From contig CATNEN010000033.1 of NCBI GenBank assembly GCA_950097015.1, positions 1,116,001 to 1,180,000 on the forward strand: DNA of 64,000 bases, in the 5' to 3' direction. Both the position numbers and the translations under genes were made by a program. Of the stretch, positions 52,391 through 64,000 are shown in pieces (the first letter of the stretch is position 1; every line of letters begins with the position of its first letter). Origin of the DNA: Macrostomum hystrix. Lineage: Eukaryota > Animalia > Platyhelminthes. The notes under the pieces are model-generated. The model made no database searches. It was not told the origin of the DNA and was given only the letters and a program-made list of their open reading frames with translations.

Positions 52391-52684
52391 TCTGTTCGCT
52401 ATTTCCGAAATATCAGTGCATTCCTGCTGAGACGGAGTCCGCTATGCACAAATATTCGTCTATTTATAGACAACACCAGATGCTTGTCTGCTCCAGTGGA
52501 AGCAAAGCTGTCTCATACGGGAAACATTTTTTAATCAAGTCAAGTGCCTGCCATGCGATGCAATCAGCTTTAAGCAGCTTGTCAATTATTTTCTGCTGAA
52601 TTCTCATTGGAATACCGAACATTTTTGGGAATTGTAGTGAAAAATGCATACTTAGCAGAGGAACAGAAAATGCTTTTAAACAGA

Positions 52685-52940
52685 ACTGCTCCTGCTGCGA
52701 TTCTAGATGGAACAGTTCCTGCTGCGATTCTAGATGGAACAGTTCCTGCTGCGATTCTAGATGGAACAGATGCTGCTGCGATTCTAGATGGAACAGATGC
52801 TGCTGCGATTCTAGATGGAACAGATGCTGCTGCGATTCTAGATGGAACAGATGCTGCTGCGATTCTAGATGGAACAGATGCTGCTGCGATTCTAGATGGA
52901 ACAGATGCTGCTGTGATTCTAGATGGAACAGATGCTGCAG
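52685..52940. repeat. 27-bp minisatellite (GGAACAGATGCTGCTGCGATTCTAGAT), ~9 copies
   Basis: Direct reading. Confidence 0.95.
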
Positions 52941-53646
52941 CGATTAATTTAACATTTGAGTGTTTATATAGTCTCTGATAGACATTTGGTACCTAAATAC
53001 GAGTATATTTATTTAAGCCTTTTCATGCTGGGTTGAAAGTTTTGAGCACAGTATTGTTTTTTCGCAGGCACATGGTCATAATAAGTTAAATAAAAATATT
53101 TAATTTGAAAGGGCTGCTTTTCAAAAGCAGAACAAGCATATCTAGGCTTGATTGGTCGTTATAATAAAGGAAAGTATGGTTCAAAAAGTGTCAGCAAAAT
53201 TAAATTAACAAACAAAAACTTTTTTTCAAACCAGTTTTAGCATAAAAAACAGAGAAAGGAAAAGTTACAAGAAAGTATTCGTAGTTTCATTCGCATTAAC
53301 AATTTCAGCGAATTTCGAAACCACGTTTAAGAGGAGGATGAGAAAACTTAAATCTCCTTATATTACACGTTTCTATAAAAACTCGCGCAAAGCTTAAAGC
53401 AGAAGCTGATTGGATAAGAATTATACTCGTAGATATGCCACGTCAACACGTGCTCACAGAACTGCGTAGGCACAATATTACGACGTCGTCATTAGGACAA
53501 TTCTAGTTAAAGTGGCTTGGAATGCTTGAATGCTGGAATCGCACACGTTATTTCATATTTGAGGAAATCCATAGGAGATTAGTTCTAAATTATTCTGACA
53601 AAGCAGGTTGCTTTTGATAGGAACGGGCCGTTGAATGGCGATCGCT

Positions 53647-56600
53647 TCACTTGTGGTAGCGCACCCGAGGCTTGTAGTAAGCCGTCATGTTGAAAAGCTG
53701 TTTGCGAGCGCCAGCTGCGAAGCTGTAGCCAAGGTGAAGAAATCGGTGAATGCAGACTGTGGAGTTGTCCGTGTCATCGTTGCGCCAGTTCTTCGACTCC
53801 AGCATGATGCAGCCGCGCTCCTTCCAGCTGCGCTGAGTCTCCGGCTTCGACTTCGCAGACGTTGCTAGATTATGTGTTCGGGATTGGTTTAGTCATGTCG
53901 TAAGATTGCTTAGAATTGTGCATGTACCCCACTACCTTAACAGTAGGACTACCAAGACATTTGCTGCCCGTTTTTATGTCAATGGGGGATCCCGCCCGAC
54001 AATTATTTTTGCTGCACCCAAACGGAGCAACTCAAACACACGCAACTCAAGAACACGGGCTAAATTTTTGTTTCGCATCTTCTGAAACAAGAATCAAGTC
54101 GCCAGCCCTTCGGACCGTCGAGATATTCATAGGTTCTGGCCGAAGGTTAGATTTTTCCTTGGCCGAAGGTTATTTCATACCCCTATACACGAATTTGCAC
54201 TGCGCCTCAGTGCGACCTTGCCAGGCCTTCAAAATTTATCTGCATGTCACCTGAATGAGCTCTATTGCTCTATTGACAATGGAATCCATCGTTTGATTTA
54301 CATTGTCGGTCGGGTGGTGCTAAACTAAAGTTACACTCATTTTAATGAACAGTGCACTCGTTTTTATCCTTCAAGAAAAACAATGCGTCAATCGCGAGCT
54401 GCTTATCTTGATTGAAAAGCCGTTTCAGTTTGCACAGCCATGCGCTAGCTGTGTTTGCCATGCGCTGCTGGGCTGAGCTGATAAGCACCGAGATGTGCGA
54501 CAGGCTATATTTAGCCATGAAATTCCAGAGCCTAGAGACAAATGACATATTAACACAAGAAAAACAATGGGGGTATTTCAAATACCCACACTTTTATCTT
54601 TTCTGTATCTCCCAAAATATTCAAACAATTATCCTGAACTCAGGCAAAAATTCCCCACTCTATTCAATGAAACACCTTCCAGAATCACAAAACATCGGCA
54701 TCGTCGAGATATTCAAGAATTCTAGTCGAAGTGTCATCATGTCACCGTGTTGGCTACTATTATTTATATATACGAGCGTATATATTCTTATATTGTCAAT
54801 TGCTTGTTCATCGTAAGGCGGAAAATTGTGATCCATATGGTTGAATTTCCCGAAAATGCGTCATTTGGTTTCGGGAGCTAACATGAAGTAGGCAGTTTTT
54901 GAAGTACCTTCGAAGGTCCTTCTGCTGTTAATGCAAAACATTTTTACTTAACAGATTCTAACAATAGTACTCGTAACAAGACCGCACTGCTGGATGAAAC
55001 GTCGACACAAAGACGGACGTGGTCAAAATAACGACATTATCGCTTTCGACAAACGAAAGTGAGTTTTTTACTCCTTGCTTTAGCGCTGCTTTCAATGAAG
55101 ACATGAGAAATGAGTTGTTCACTCCTTGCTTTAGCGCTGCTTTCAATGAAGACATGAGAAATGAGTTGTTCACTCCTTGCTTTAGCGCTACTTTCAATGA
55201 AGACATGAGAAATGAGTTGTTCACTCCTTGCTTTAGCGCTGCTTTCAATGAAGACATGAGAAATGAGTTGTTCACTCCTTGCTTTAGCGCTGCTTTCAAT
55301 GAAGACATGAGAAATGAGTTGTTCACTCCTTGCTTTAGCGCTGCATTCAATGAAGACATGAGAAATGAGTTATTCAATGAACTTCGCAGGATTAACAGCA
55401 TATTTTTTTATGAAATGAAACCGATCTTATGAGATTTCGCTCCCTAAGCTTCACATTCTTCGCGTGCTGCATCAAAATCATTTTGCATTGAGCATACAAA
55501 GCCATCTAGGCAGCGAGTACCTTCCACATCTAGTGGTTTGCCGGGACTGCTTCAATGCAAGCATCAATGATAACTCTAGGAGGCTATGCTCATTTGCTAT
55601 ATCTTTTTTTGGCTTTTCTGCAAATACATACCTTCTTCTTGCTTGCAGCAAATAGTTGGGTATGCATTGCGAGTCCATCTATTAGTCAACTGCTCAGGGT
55701 CTTTGTCGAAACTTGAGTAAGTTCAATGGTAAATTCGATCTTACTGTACTACAATTACGCTCTGGGTAGGATCAATACTAAAACATTTTCTCAAAATTTG
55801 TTAACACTACATGATTTACGCAATGCGTAAGTGGAAGGCTCGAGAAAAGTTTTGCATATGGCTGAAGAGGATTTTAATCGAATCGAATTGACGAATATAA
55901 GACAGACTTGGCTTAGCGGTTGTGCGTTCTTGCTACAACTCTGCTCCGACGGACCTTACAAGTAAAATGCGACCGTTTCTCTGGACACCCTTCCCCTGTG
56001 CTCTTGTTCGCACCAATGGCATTCACGTGGCCTGCAGCTCGCGCAGCTCCGGTCTGGCCACTGCCGTCTCCTCGCGAGCTACCAGCACAAGCTCGACCCT
56101 GGTGCCTGGTGCCGGGACTGGCCAGGGCCCGCTACCAAACACACACACGTGGCCTGTACATGCATCCAAGTGCACACACGTGGCTTGCACGTATTTTTTC
56201 GTCGCTGTGTTTCAGCTTTTTGTTTATTTTAATTTATCTTTCGAGCAAACAAGCAATGTTTCAAAACCTACGTCTATTTCCAATTGTAAGTTGCTCTCGA
56301 GAAATTTCGAGTAGTCTCTCCCGTAGACCTTATATTCACATAGATACGAGTAGGTATGAGATACAACGTCTATGGTATTTCCAAAGGGGAAAGATAGCTT
56401 TGTCTTTCTACTTCCAACATCGCTGCTTGTTGGATCCTCGAATAATTTGGAAGTTATGGAATCTGGGAGGTTTGTTATGGAGGCCTAGTATGATATGCTT
56501 CTCTTCTGGCTATTGTATAATAAAGGCAATCTGCTTAATGACTAGATTAATTGTAGTACCGCCTTACAGCTCCTGATGTTCACTCTTTCAAAAAGGCAGC

Positions 56601-59600
56601 GGTCCCAAGAATCCAGGTTTCATGAGACAGAAGTCAGCATGCCTTGGAGGCGTAAATAGCTATGATCTCTACAATTGCTGTGTTGTATTGTGTACAACAA
56701 TGCTAGCTGTTAATTAGTTCATCCTCAATGAACGTGTCGTCGCGAAATGAATCTCGTAGCGTAGTACTAAAAGCTGCTTGCCTTAGCTGCTACGCCGTTT
56801 AACTGAAATTTAGCTCCAGAGAGCATGTTTCGTACTACTTCGATGATTTCTGGGCTGGCTTAAACTCTATCTATCTATTTGGCAGGGGGGGCCGGGGCAC
56901 TTGTCGCACAAGCGACGGAGCGGCACGCCCCCAGACCGGCGAACTAGGCGCTTTTGCGCCCATCGCGCCGCCTCCCCTGAGCAGGCACCACACACAGCAG
57001 CACAGACCAGCCGGGGAGGGCAGGAGGCCACCCAGAATAGGCAGCAGTGTCCCCCACCCCAGCCCCACACGCACATGGCAGACCAAGCCGGGGCGGAAGG
57101 CTGATAAGAAATCAGTCCTCAGGGGGGGCCGGGTGATGAGTGTAAACTTATCCAATCGCGCTGACGGAAGTCCAGAAAGCGCGCGGCGGTGTACACCCGC
57201 CCTCCAGCCACCCCCCGCAAGGTCTCACGCCCCAGCGCCAACGCACACAACTCACACAACGCAGAACAGGCACACAGAAAGGTAGGAGCGAAGCTATTAT
57301 TTCAAGCTTTGATTGCACGAAATATGGTGCACCTCCGCCGGTCGCTACTGTCCAAACCTCCCAACAAGCCCCGAAATTAATCGTGACTTAAAGGGTGAAT
57401 CGAACTAGCGTCCTTTGGAGTGCGAGGCAGCGACGTTAGCCGCTGACCCACTCGCCCCCGTGGCTTAAACTCACTAAGTCGTTGGAACAGGGTGTGGGGT
57501 TATTGACCATGTCAAATGCACTTCTTAAGTTAGAACTCCTACGCTTTTTGCTGTCGATCAGAGTTGAAACAGTAGAAATGTGGTCGGAAGTTCGCTAGCC
57601 CATTATATATTCAGAGCTAGATGATGAGCACATGCAGATGCTATTTAAAGAGTTCGAATTCAGCTTCTGACTACAGAGTCCGAAGAAACAGTAAATTTGC
57701 TATTAGTTCGTTCATTTATTAGCCTTTAAGTAAATCATGAAACACCTGACGAGACCTTATTAAAACCCGGAAGTTTGGCAAATCTTACCTCGCCAAGTTC
57801 AGCTAACTGAACAGTAAGCTGTATGCAGTTAGCTGGGGGAACTGAAGCAATGCGGTATTAAGTGCTTTGCTTAAGGGTGAAATAGTAAATTGTTAAATTG
57901 TTAAATTGCTCGCCAAGGCTGAGTTTCGAACTCCCGACCTACCCTGCCTTTAATTGACGTTTATTGATTCTTTCTAGCTTAATGTTTAGATGATTTTTGT
58001 AATAGTAGTGTAACTAAGTTACTATGTATGTTAAACATTTTATATTCCTAAATATCAGACATTGTCCGACAGAGTGAAGTAGGGCCAAGATTTCCAGTTG
58101 ATCAAGAGGATGCTCCGTGTACGTGCACTGCGTTGCCCTCTCCCTCCCACGCTGGCATAGCGTCACTGTCAACGTGCACTGCTCTTGGCATGTACTTTGT
58201 GTTGCGCAATGCGCTCATGACTGGGCTGCACGTCGGCAGCCACTATGTGGCTGCGACTATATAAGAACTCAAATATACGGCCCAAGAGGCCACGTTCCTT
58301 ACTAACTCAACGGCACAACAATGGCATCGCAAGTCAGTATTCAAACCCCACCCGCACTGGACTTGCGCACGGACCCTAGCACAGCCCAAACAAAATGGAA
58401 GAAATGGCTCGCCCAGTTCCAGCTGTTCACGGTCGCCGCAGGCATCGACGATGATGCGCTGTACACCGGCGGCGAGGACCTGCAGGCGATCGTGGCCGGC
58501 CTCACCAACGAGGCGGCGGGCATGGACGTCGACACACTCGTTGCCGCGCTCAATCAGCACTTCGACGGCAAGCGGAATCTGCCGTTCACCCGCTACCAGT
58601 TCAGGCTCTGCACCCAGCGCCCCGGTGAGCCCATAGATGACTGGCTCCAGCGCCTCAAGGACGCCGCCGACTGCTGTCGGAGGCGCCTTCGGAGACCTGC
58701 GAGAGTCTCTGATCCGTGATCAGGTGATTGCCTGCTGCAGCTCCGACCATCTCCGTCGAAAGCTGCTAGCCATCGACAACGTGGACCTGGAGCAGGCGGT
58801 GCGGGCGGCCCGGGCCATGGAAGCGGCGGAGGCCCAAGCGAGCGTTATGGAGGCCAATGGTGCGTCTGTGCAGCGGCTCCGACGTCAGGAGGCCGGTGCA
58901 GCAGCCCCTGCAGCGCGGCGGCCGACAGGGCAGCCGCGAGACAAGCAGCCGAACGGCGGGCAGACCAGGTGCATCAGGTGCGGAGCCCCCGGCCACCGCA
59001 CGTGCAGCGCAGCCGAAGGCAAGACGTGCAACCGCTGCGGCAAGCGAAATCACCTGGCGAGGGCCTGCCTGTCCCGGCCGAAGGAAGACGTCCACGTCCT
59101 GCAGGCCGAGAGCGACAGCTCAGCGGCGGAGGACGGCGTGTTCTGCCTGACCGTGGCAGCCACAGGAACCGCGGCAGCCGGAGCCCAGACGTCGGTGTTC
59201 GTCGGTTCAACGCAGCTGCCCGTGCTGGTGGACAGCGGCGCTGACTGCAACATCATCACCGAGCAGGCCTGGCGGATACTGCCGGGACCCCCGCAGCTGC
59301 AGGCAACTCGCACGAAGATCTTCGCCTTCCGCTCGCCGAAGCCGCTCAGCACTCTGGGAGCCTGCAGCCTGCGGGTGTCAACGGGGCAGAACAGTATGAC
59401 GGTTCGCTTCATCGTCGTCCCCGGCGGCGGCACCAACATCCTGGGACGTGAGGCCTCGACTTCGCTCCGGCTCCTGAGCCTAGGGCGTCAGGTCCATGCG
59501 ATCGAGGCAACCGAGACGGAGGACCCCGCGATCCAGGCGGTCGTCAGGCAATTTCCCAAGCTCTTCAGAGGCCTCGGAAAGGTCAAGGATGTCTCTCTGC

Positions 59601-62600
59601 AGATCAACATCAAATCCGACGCCAGACCAATCTGCCACCCGCCCTCCCGCGTTCCGGTGCACCTCCGGGAGGCGCTGGACCGCGAGCTAGACGAGCAGGA
59701 GCAGCTGGGCATCATCCAGCCAGTAGAGGGCCCCACGCCGTGGGTCAGCAGCATCGTCGTGGTGCCGAAGGAGGACGGCAAGAGCGTGCGGATCACGCAG
59801 GATCTGCGCGACGTGAACAAGGCGGCGCTGAGGGAGCGACACCAGATCCCGACATTCGAGGAGGTGACATGCGACATGGCTGGCTCATCGATCTCCAGCA
59901 AGCTCGACATTTTCAAAGCATTCCACCACATTGAAATCAGCGAGGACAGCCGGAAGTACTTCGTGTTCTCAACGCCCCGAGGAATGCGGCAGTTGACTCG
60001 CCTGAGCATGGGATTCGCCTCCGCGTCGAAGATCCTACAGCGTGTGATGCAGCGAGTGCTGGAGAGCCTGACGGGTGTTAAGTGGATCCACGACGACATC
60101 ATCGTCCACAGCCGAGACCTGAAGGCTCACAAGACTCACGTGGCAGCCTGCCTGACCAGACTGCGAGAGCACGGCATCACCCTCAACGGCAGCAAGTGCC
60201 GCTGGGGGATCGGCAAGGCCAAGTTCATGGTGATGACGCTGTCCAAGTTTGAGATCCAGCCATCGCAAGAGAAGATCGCCGAGCTGCAAGCCTTCAAAGA
60301 CCCACAGTCCGTCAAGGAGGTCCGGTCGTTCCTCGGCCTGGCCAACCACCTGGAGAAGTTCATGCCGCAGCTAGCGGACAAGGCGGAGCCGCTCAGGCGG
60401 CTGACACGGAAGGGCCAGGAGTTCGTCTGGGACAGCGAGCAGCAGCAGGCCTTCCAGAACGTCAAGGACTGCATCTCGGAGAGCTGCACCCTGGCCTTCT
60501 TCGACAAGCAGCTGCCAACAGAGCTAGTGGTCGATGCATCGCCCGTTGGCGTCGGCGCCATCCTGCAGCAGCGGCACCCCGGTGGGCAGACCCGGCCGGT
60601 GGCCTACGCGAGCCGCACCCTCAGCGAGGTCGAGCGGCGCTACAGCCAGATCGAGCGCGAGGCCCTGGGCGTCAAGTTCGGCTGCCTAAAGTTCGCGTTC
60701 TACCTGGAGGGCTGTCCTCACTTCGACGTCTACACCGACCACAAGCCGCTGCTGGGCATCTACAGGCCAGACTCCCGGCCGCCGCCGCGACTCGAGCGCA
60801 TCATGCTACAGACGCAGCACTTCTCGTTCACGCTGCACTAACGCAAGGGCGAGGACAATCCGGCCGATCCCCTGAGCGGCCGGAGACGTCGCCGGGCAGG
60901 GACGTGGCCGCGGAGACCAGGCTGCTCAACGCCATGGTCCAGGCCGCGACACTGATGGGCCTGACGATAGACAGGATTCGCGCTGCAACCAAGAGGGACC
61001 CCGCTCTGACGGTCGTCATGCAAGCCCTAGCGACTGGCCACTGGCGCTGCGGCGCCGCGGCCCCGGCGCACAGCTTCCGGTCCCTGAAGGATGAGCTCAG
61101 CGTCCACAGCAAGATCATGATCCCGGCGGAGCTGCAGCAGCTGACCATCGCACTGGCGCACCAGGGTCACCTCGGCCAGAAGAAAACGTGCGACCGGCTG
61201 CAGCGGAAGGTCTGGTGGCCCGGCATGACACAGCAGGTCGAGGCCCGTGCCAGGCGGCTCGACCGGATGGCGCCGTCAAGCAGCCGCCGATGCAGCCGAC
61301 ACCGCTGCCCTCGGGGCCGTGGCAATCGCTGAGCGTGGACGTCTTGACTTTGACTTAGCGGCAGGGAGCCTCCATGACGGACGCAGCGAGGAGGCGGCTG
61401 ATGCCGCCCATATCGCTAACCCCTGGCAAAGCGTGGACGTCTGCGGACCGTTCCCGACTGGCGAGAACGTGGTGGTCCTGGTGGACTACTTCAGCCGGTA
61501 CCCGGACACCTACGTGGTGCGCAGCCTCACGAGCGCCAGCATCATCACCTGCGCCATGGCCTCGTTCAGCCGCTTCGGTGTGCCACAGCAGATCACCACG
61601 GACAACGCGACCTACTTCACGAGCGAGGAGTTTAAGGAGTTCCTCGACGGCCTCGGAGTCCAGCACCGCAGGGTCACCCCACTCTACCCGGCAGCGAACG
61701 GCGAGGTCGAGCGATTCAACCGCAGCCTCAACAAGTGTGTCAACGCCGCGGCAGCGGAGGGCAAGGACTGAGACGTGCGGCGGCACGTGACTGAGACCAA
61801 GCCGCTGCGTGAGTGTCCCTGGGAGCCGGACGAACCGCTGGACGGCCGGCCCGCTGATCCGCAGCCCGCCACAGACGGCGGCGCCACGGACGGTGCCATA
61901 GCGCAGAGGCCCCACCCCAGGCAGGCTGAGAGGCACATCTGCTATAAGGAGTGACTGTAGTGACAGGGTCTGACAGGCATCTTTCCATGCGAACTATTTG
62001 CGGTTTATTTTGCGTTCCGATTTTTCAAGACCCACTCAATGCACCGCGCGTTTGACCTTTTTTACTCTGAGGGGGAGAGATGTAGTGCACTGCGTTGCCC
62101 TCTCCCTCCCACGCTGGCATAGCGTCACTGTCAACGTGCACTGCTCTTGGCATGTACTTTGTGTTGCGCAATGCGCTCATGACTGGGCTGCACGTCGGCA
62201 GCCACTATGTGGCTGCGACTATATAAGAACTCAAATATACGGCCCAAGAGGCCACGTTCCTTACTAACTCAACGGCACTACACTCCGTAAAAGTACTCAC
62301 GCAGTGAGCCGCACATTGCTCGCCAATTCTTGCCAGTGTCCATCAGCGGAGACATTATCTTTGGCTCCAGCAGGCTAACGGGAACTGCCGGCTTAGCGGC
62401 CACGTAGCGAGTGTACACTCTGGTGAGGATGGCAGGGCCAGTCGTGGCGAACGCATTGCCAATGTGCTTCTCGCGCAGCATCTCGTCGATTACCTGGCGA
62501 AAGAACGGATGGCCGGGCGCGGAGCCCATGGCAGAGTTCATCACGCTGAATGGCCAGCCCCAGAAGATGTTGGTCTGTTCAATGCGCTCCTGGTCCAGGA

Positions 62601-63145
62601 AGCTGTTCATGTCGGCCAGGGCTGGGAAGAAGGGTTTGACGCACTCCACATCCATGTCGAGGTAAATGCCTGAATCAAGCGCGAAATTTTTTATAAATAT
62701 TTTTCAAGCAGGAACTACAGGAGCCCTGTTAGCTGCAAAGTCCTTGCACTTACAATGGAAAGATAGTTAAAAAGACAACTAAACAGTACATATCTTTGCC
62801 CGCAGGAGATAGTCAGAACCACTCACCTCCAAAGTGATGCAGCACAATGTAGCGAATGGAGTCGGCTCTCTCTAGCACGTCGCGATATTGCTTGTACTTT
62901 CCCAGAAACTCCGGATAAGCAGAAGAGATCAGTGCCTCGGCGTCGCTGTCCCGCCACAAGTAATAGGTCCAGTCGGGGTTGAGCGTCAGGCAGCCATTGA
63001 TGAAGGGCTTGTAGTTCTCGTAGACCATCTCAGATGCGAATGCTTGATGCAGAATTCGAGGGATGCGCGCGGATGCATTGAAGGCGGGTTCTGGTGGCTT
63101 CGACGGCTTACCATCAGCCAATGTAGTCACTGCCGGACTTAACAC
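53647..63145 (-). CDS. GT32-family glycosyltransferase B (paralogue of A); 5' end unresolved
   Basis: Exons ~63145-62827 (IPRILHQ...RADSIRYIVLHHFG), 62669-62301 (GIYLDMDV...NSAMGSAPGHPFF...TTGP) and 53864-53647 (WKERGC...CIHRFLHLGY, stop TGA). Intron positions and phases match paralogue A. The last intron is ~8.4 kb and holds the LTR element. Confidence 0.85.
54570..54908. mobile_element. MITE-like element, copy 2 (inverted relative to copy 1)
   Basis: GGGGGTATTTCAAATACC ... TTTGAAGTACC; the reverse complement of 54840-54908 aligns to 51979-52050. Confidence 0.6.
55065..55380. repeat. 51-bp minisatellite, ~6 copies
   Basis: TTCACTCCTTGCTTTAGCGCTGCTTTCAATGAAGACATGAGAAATGAGTTG repeated head-to-tail without spacers. 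Confidence 0.95.
56868..57460 (-). mobile_element. tRNA-derived SINE, family B, copy 2
   Basis: Reverse-complement of the 18427 copy; 12-bp TSD TGGCTTAAACTC at 56856-56867 and 57461-57472. Confidence 0.92.
58118..58320 (+). repeat. 5' LTR (203 bp)
   Basis: Matches 62081-62282 except one extra C near the start and A/T near the end; TATA-like CTATATAA inside. Confidence 0.95.
58321..61771 (+). pseudogene. gag-pol of the LTR element, disrupted
   Basis: Gag with CCHC knuckles (CNRCGKRNHLARAC), protease LVDSGA, RT WIHDD, RNase H DAS...TDHKPL, integrase VDVCGP/TDNA/NGEVERFN. Frameshift at ~58680, in-frame TAA at 60839-60841, and further shifts/rearrangement at 60880-61440. Confidence 0.92.
62081..62282 (+). 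repeat. 3' LTR (202 bp)
   Basis: Perfect 8-bp terminal inverted repeat TGTAGTGC/GCACTACA. Confidence 0.95.
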
Positions 63146-64000
63146 TACTGCGTGATAAGCTTGACTGTATTTTTGAATGCTGCTGCTGTGTCCGCCGCGT
63201 TTCTGCTAGTATTGCTTGCTGCGGTGGCTGCTGCAGTAGCTGCTGTTGCGGTTGCTCCGGCTGCTTCTGCGGCAAAATTCTCAGACTTTCTGGGCTATAA
63301 CCCGCAACCTTCCATATGGCCTGCATGGGTATCGAATATTGTTTTATTTGCAGCGCCACGAATGAATCTTAAGTACTTACTATGATCAAATAATCCCGAC
63401 TTCTTTTAGAAGATCTAAGAAACACAAACATGCCGAATCAGCCTCTTGGGTTTGCACAGACGCATGTTTATCTCGTGCCGAGCAGGAACTCAAAACGAGG
63501 TAGAGTCAGATGATAATTGGCACAGCACCCAGCAACTCAGGAAACTGTTGATCAATAGAGCTGCACTTTGTTTATTAATAATTTTGGCCTTGTATACAAT
63601 TGCTGAGTCTATGCAAATCAAATCAACACAGACGTCTTGCTACACCTGCTACTCGCAATATCCGGTAGACTGTCCTACCAACGTGTTTCCTCCTCATTCT
63701 ACAGCCGCCTTTAAAACGTTTTCTCAATTCGTAGGCTATTCGTGGACAAGTCAAGGATAAGGAGTTTTTATGATAAAACGTTACATCTGAGGTACAAAAA
63801 TCCGCTTTTAAAGCCCAAATGTTTTTCACATCACATTGCACTTGAACTTACATAGACAATACCGAACACAATAGATAGCCTGATGAACAACGACAGCTTC
63901 CTCATGGCAACAGTCCGTCGGTTCGCCTTCTCTGCGTTTTCCTGGAATGCAAAGCGCAGCGCCCGTCAGTTTTAACAAATTTAAGAAAGCATTCTACCCA

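Larger units (their letters stand above)
58118..62282 (+). mobile_element. Ty3/Gypsy (Mag-like) LTR retrotransposon, 4165 bp, internally defective
   Basis: LTRs 58118-58320 and 62081-62282 (TGT...ACA). 5-bp TSD CTCCG at 58113-58117 and 62283-62287. PBS-like TGGCATCGC at 58322; PPT GAGGGGGAGAGA before the 3' LTR. Domain order gag-PR-RT-RH-IN. Confidence 0.97.

Noticed and set aside
55065-55380. CRISPR-like regular repeats (also 24235-24640, 25345-25765)
   Set aside because: Head-to-tail units with no unique spacers, no cas genes, and a eukaryotic context.
54342-56576. Possible transposase remnant in the GT-B intron
   Set aside because: Short ORFs without a recognisable DDE or zinc-finger motif; part of the region is explained by the MITE-like copy and the 51-bp array.

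Overview
Eukaryotic (animal) genomic DNA, not prokaryotic. It has GT-AG introns, GC-rich exons with poly-Ala/Gln/Gly runs and minisatellite-stuffed introns. This style fits the flatworm Macrostomum lignano, but the species is an inference. About 43 kb (4270-47040, minus strand) can be spliced by hand, with matching intron phases, into one 38-exon gene of ~3030 aa. Its order is LRR - degenerate Roc - dynein-MTBD-like insert - COR - Cys/beta/Tudor-like linker - LRR with an inserted EF-hand - intact Roc GTPase - COR - degenerate TIR - intact TIR - C-terminal CxH/WLCxxH module. One 1-nt frameshift lies at ~27106-27109. Two intronless genes are nested antisense in its introns: a class A peptide-type GPCR (10525-11853) and a TTLL10-like ATP-grasp ligase (~31473-33044). 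The left end holds a partial Cys-rich repeat/mucin gene. The right end holds an orphan membrane-protein gene, two tandem GT32 glycosyltransferase paralogues and a 4.2-kb Ty3/Gypsy LTR element (TSD CTCCG) inside an intron of the second GT. Also present are three tRNA-headed SINE families, a MITE-like family and more than 20 tandem arrays. Most long low-complexity ORFs in the supplied track are translated minisatellites. All exon models and domain calls were read by eye; no searches were run.
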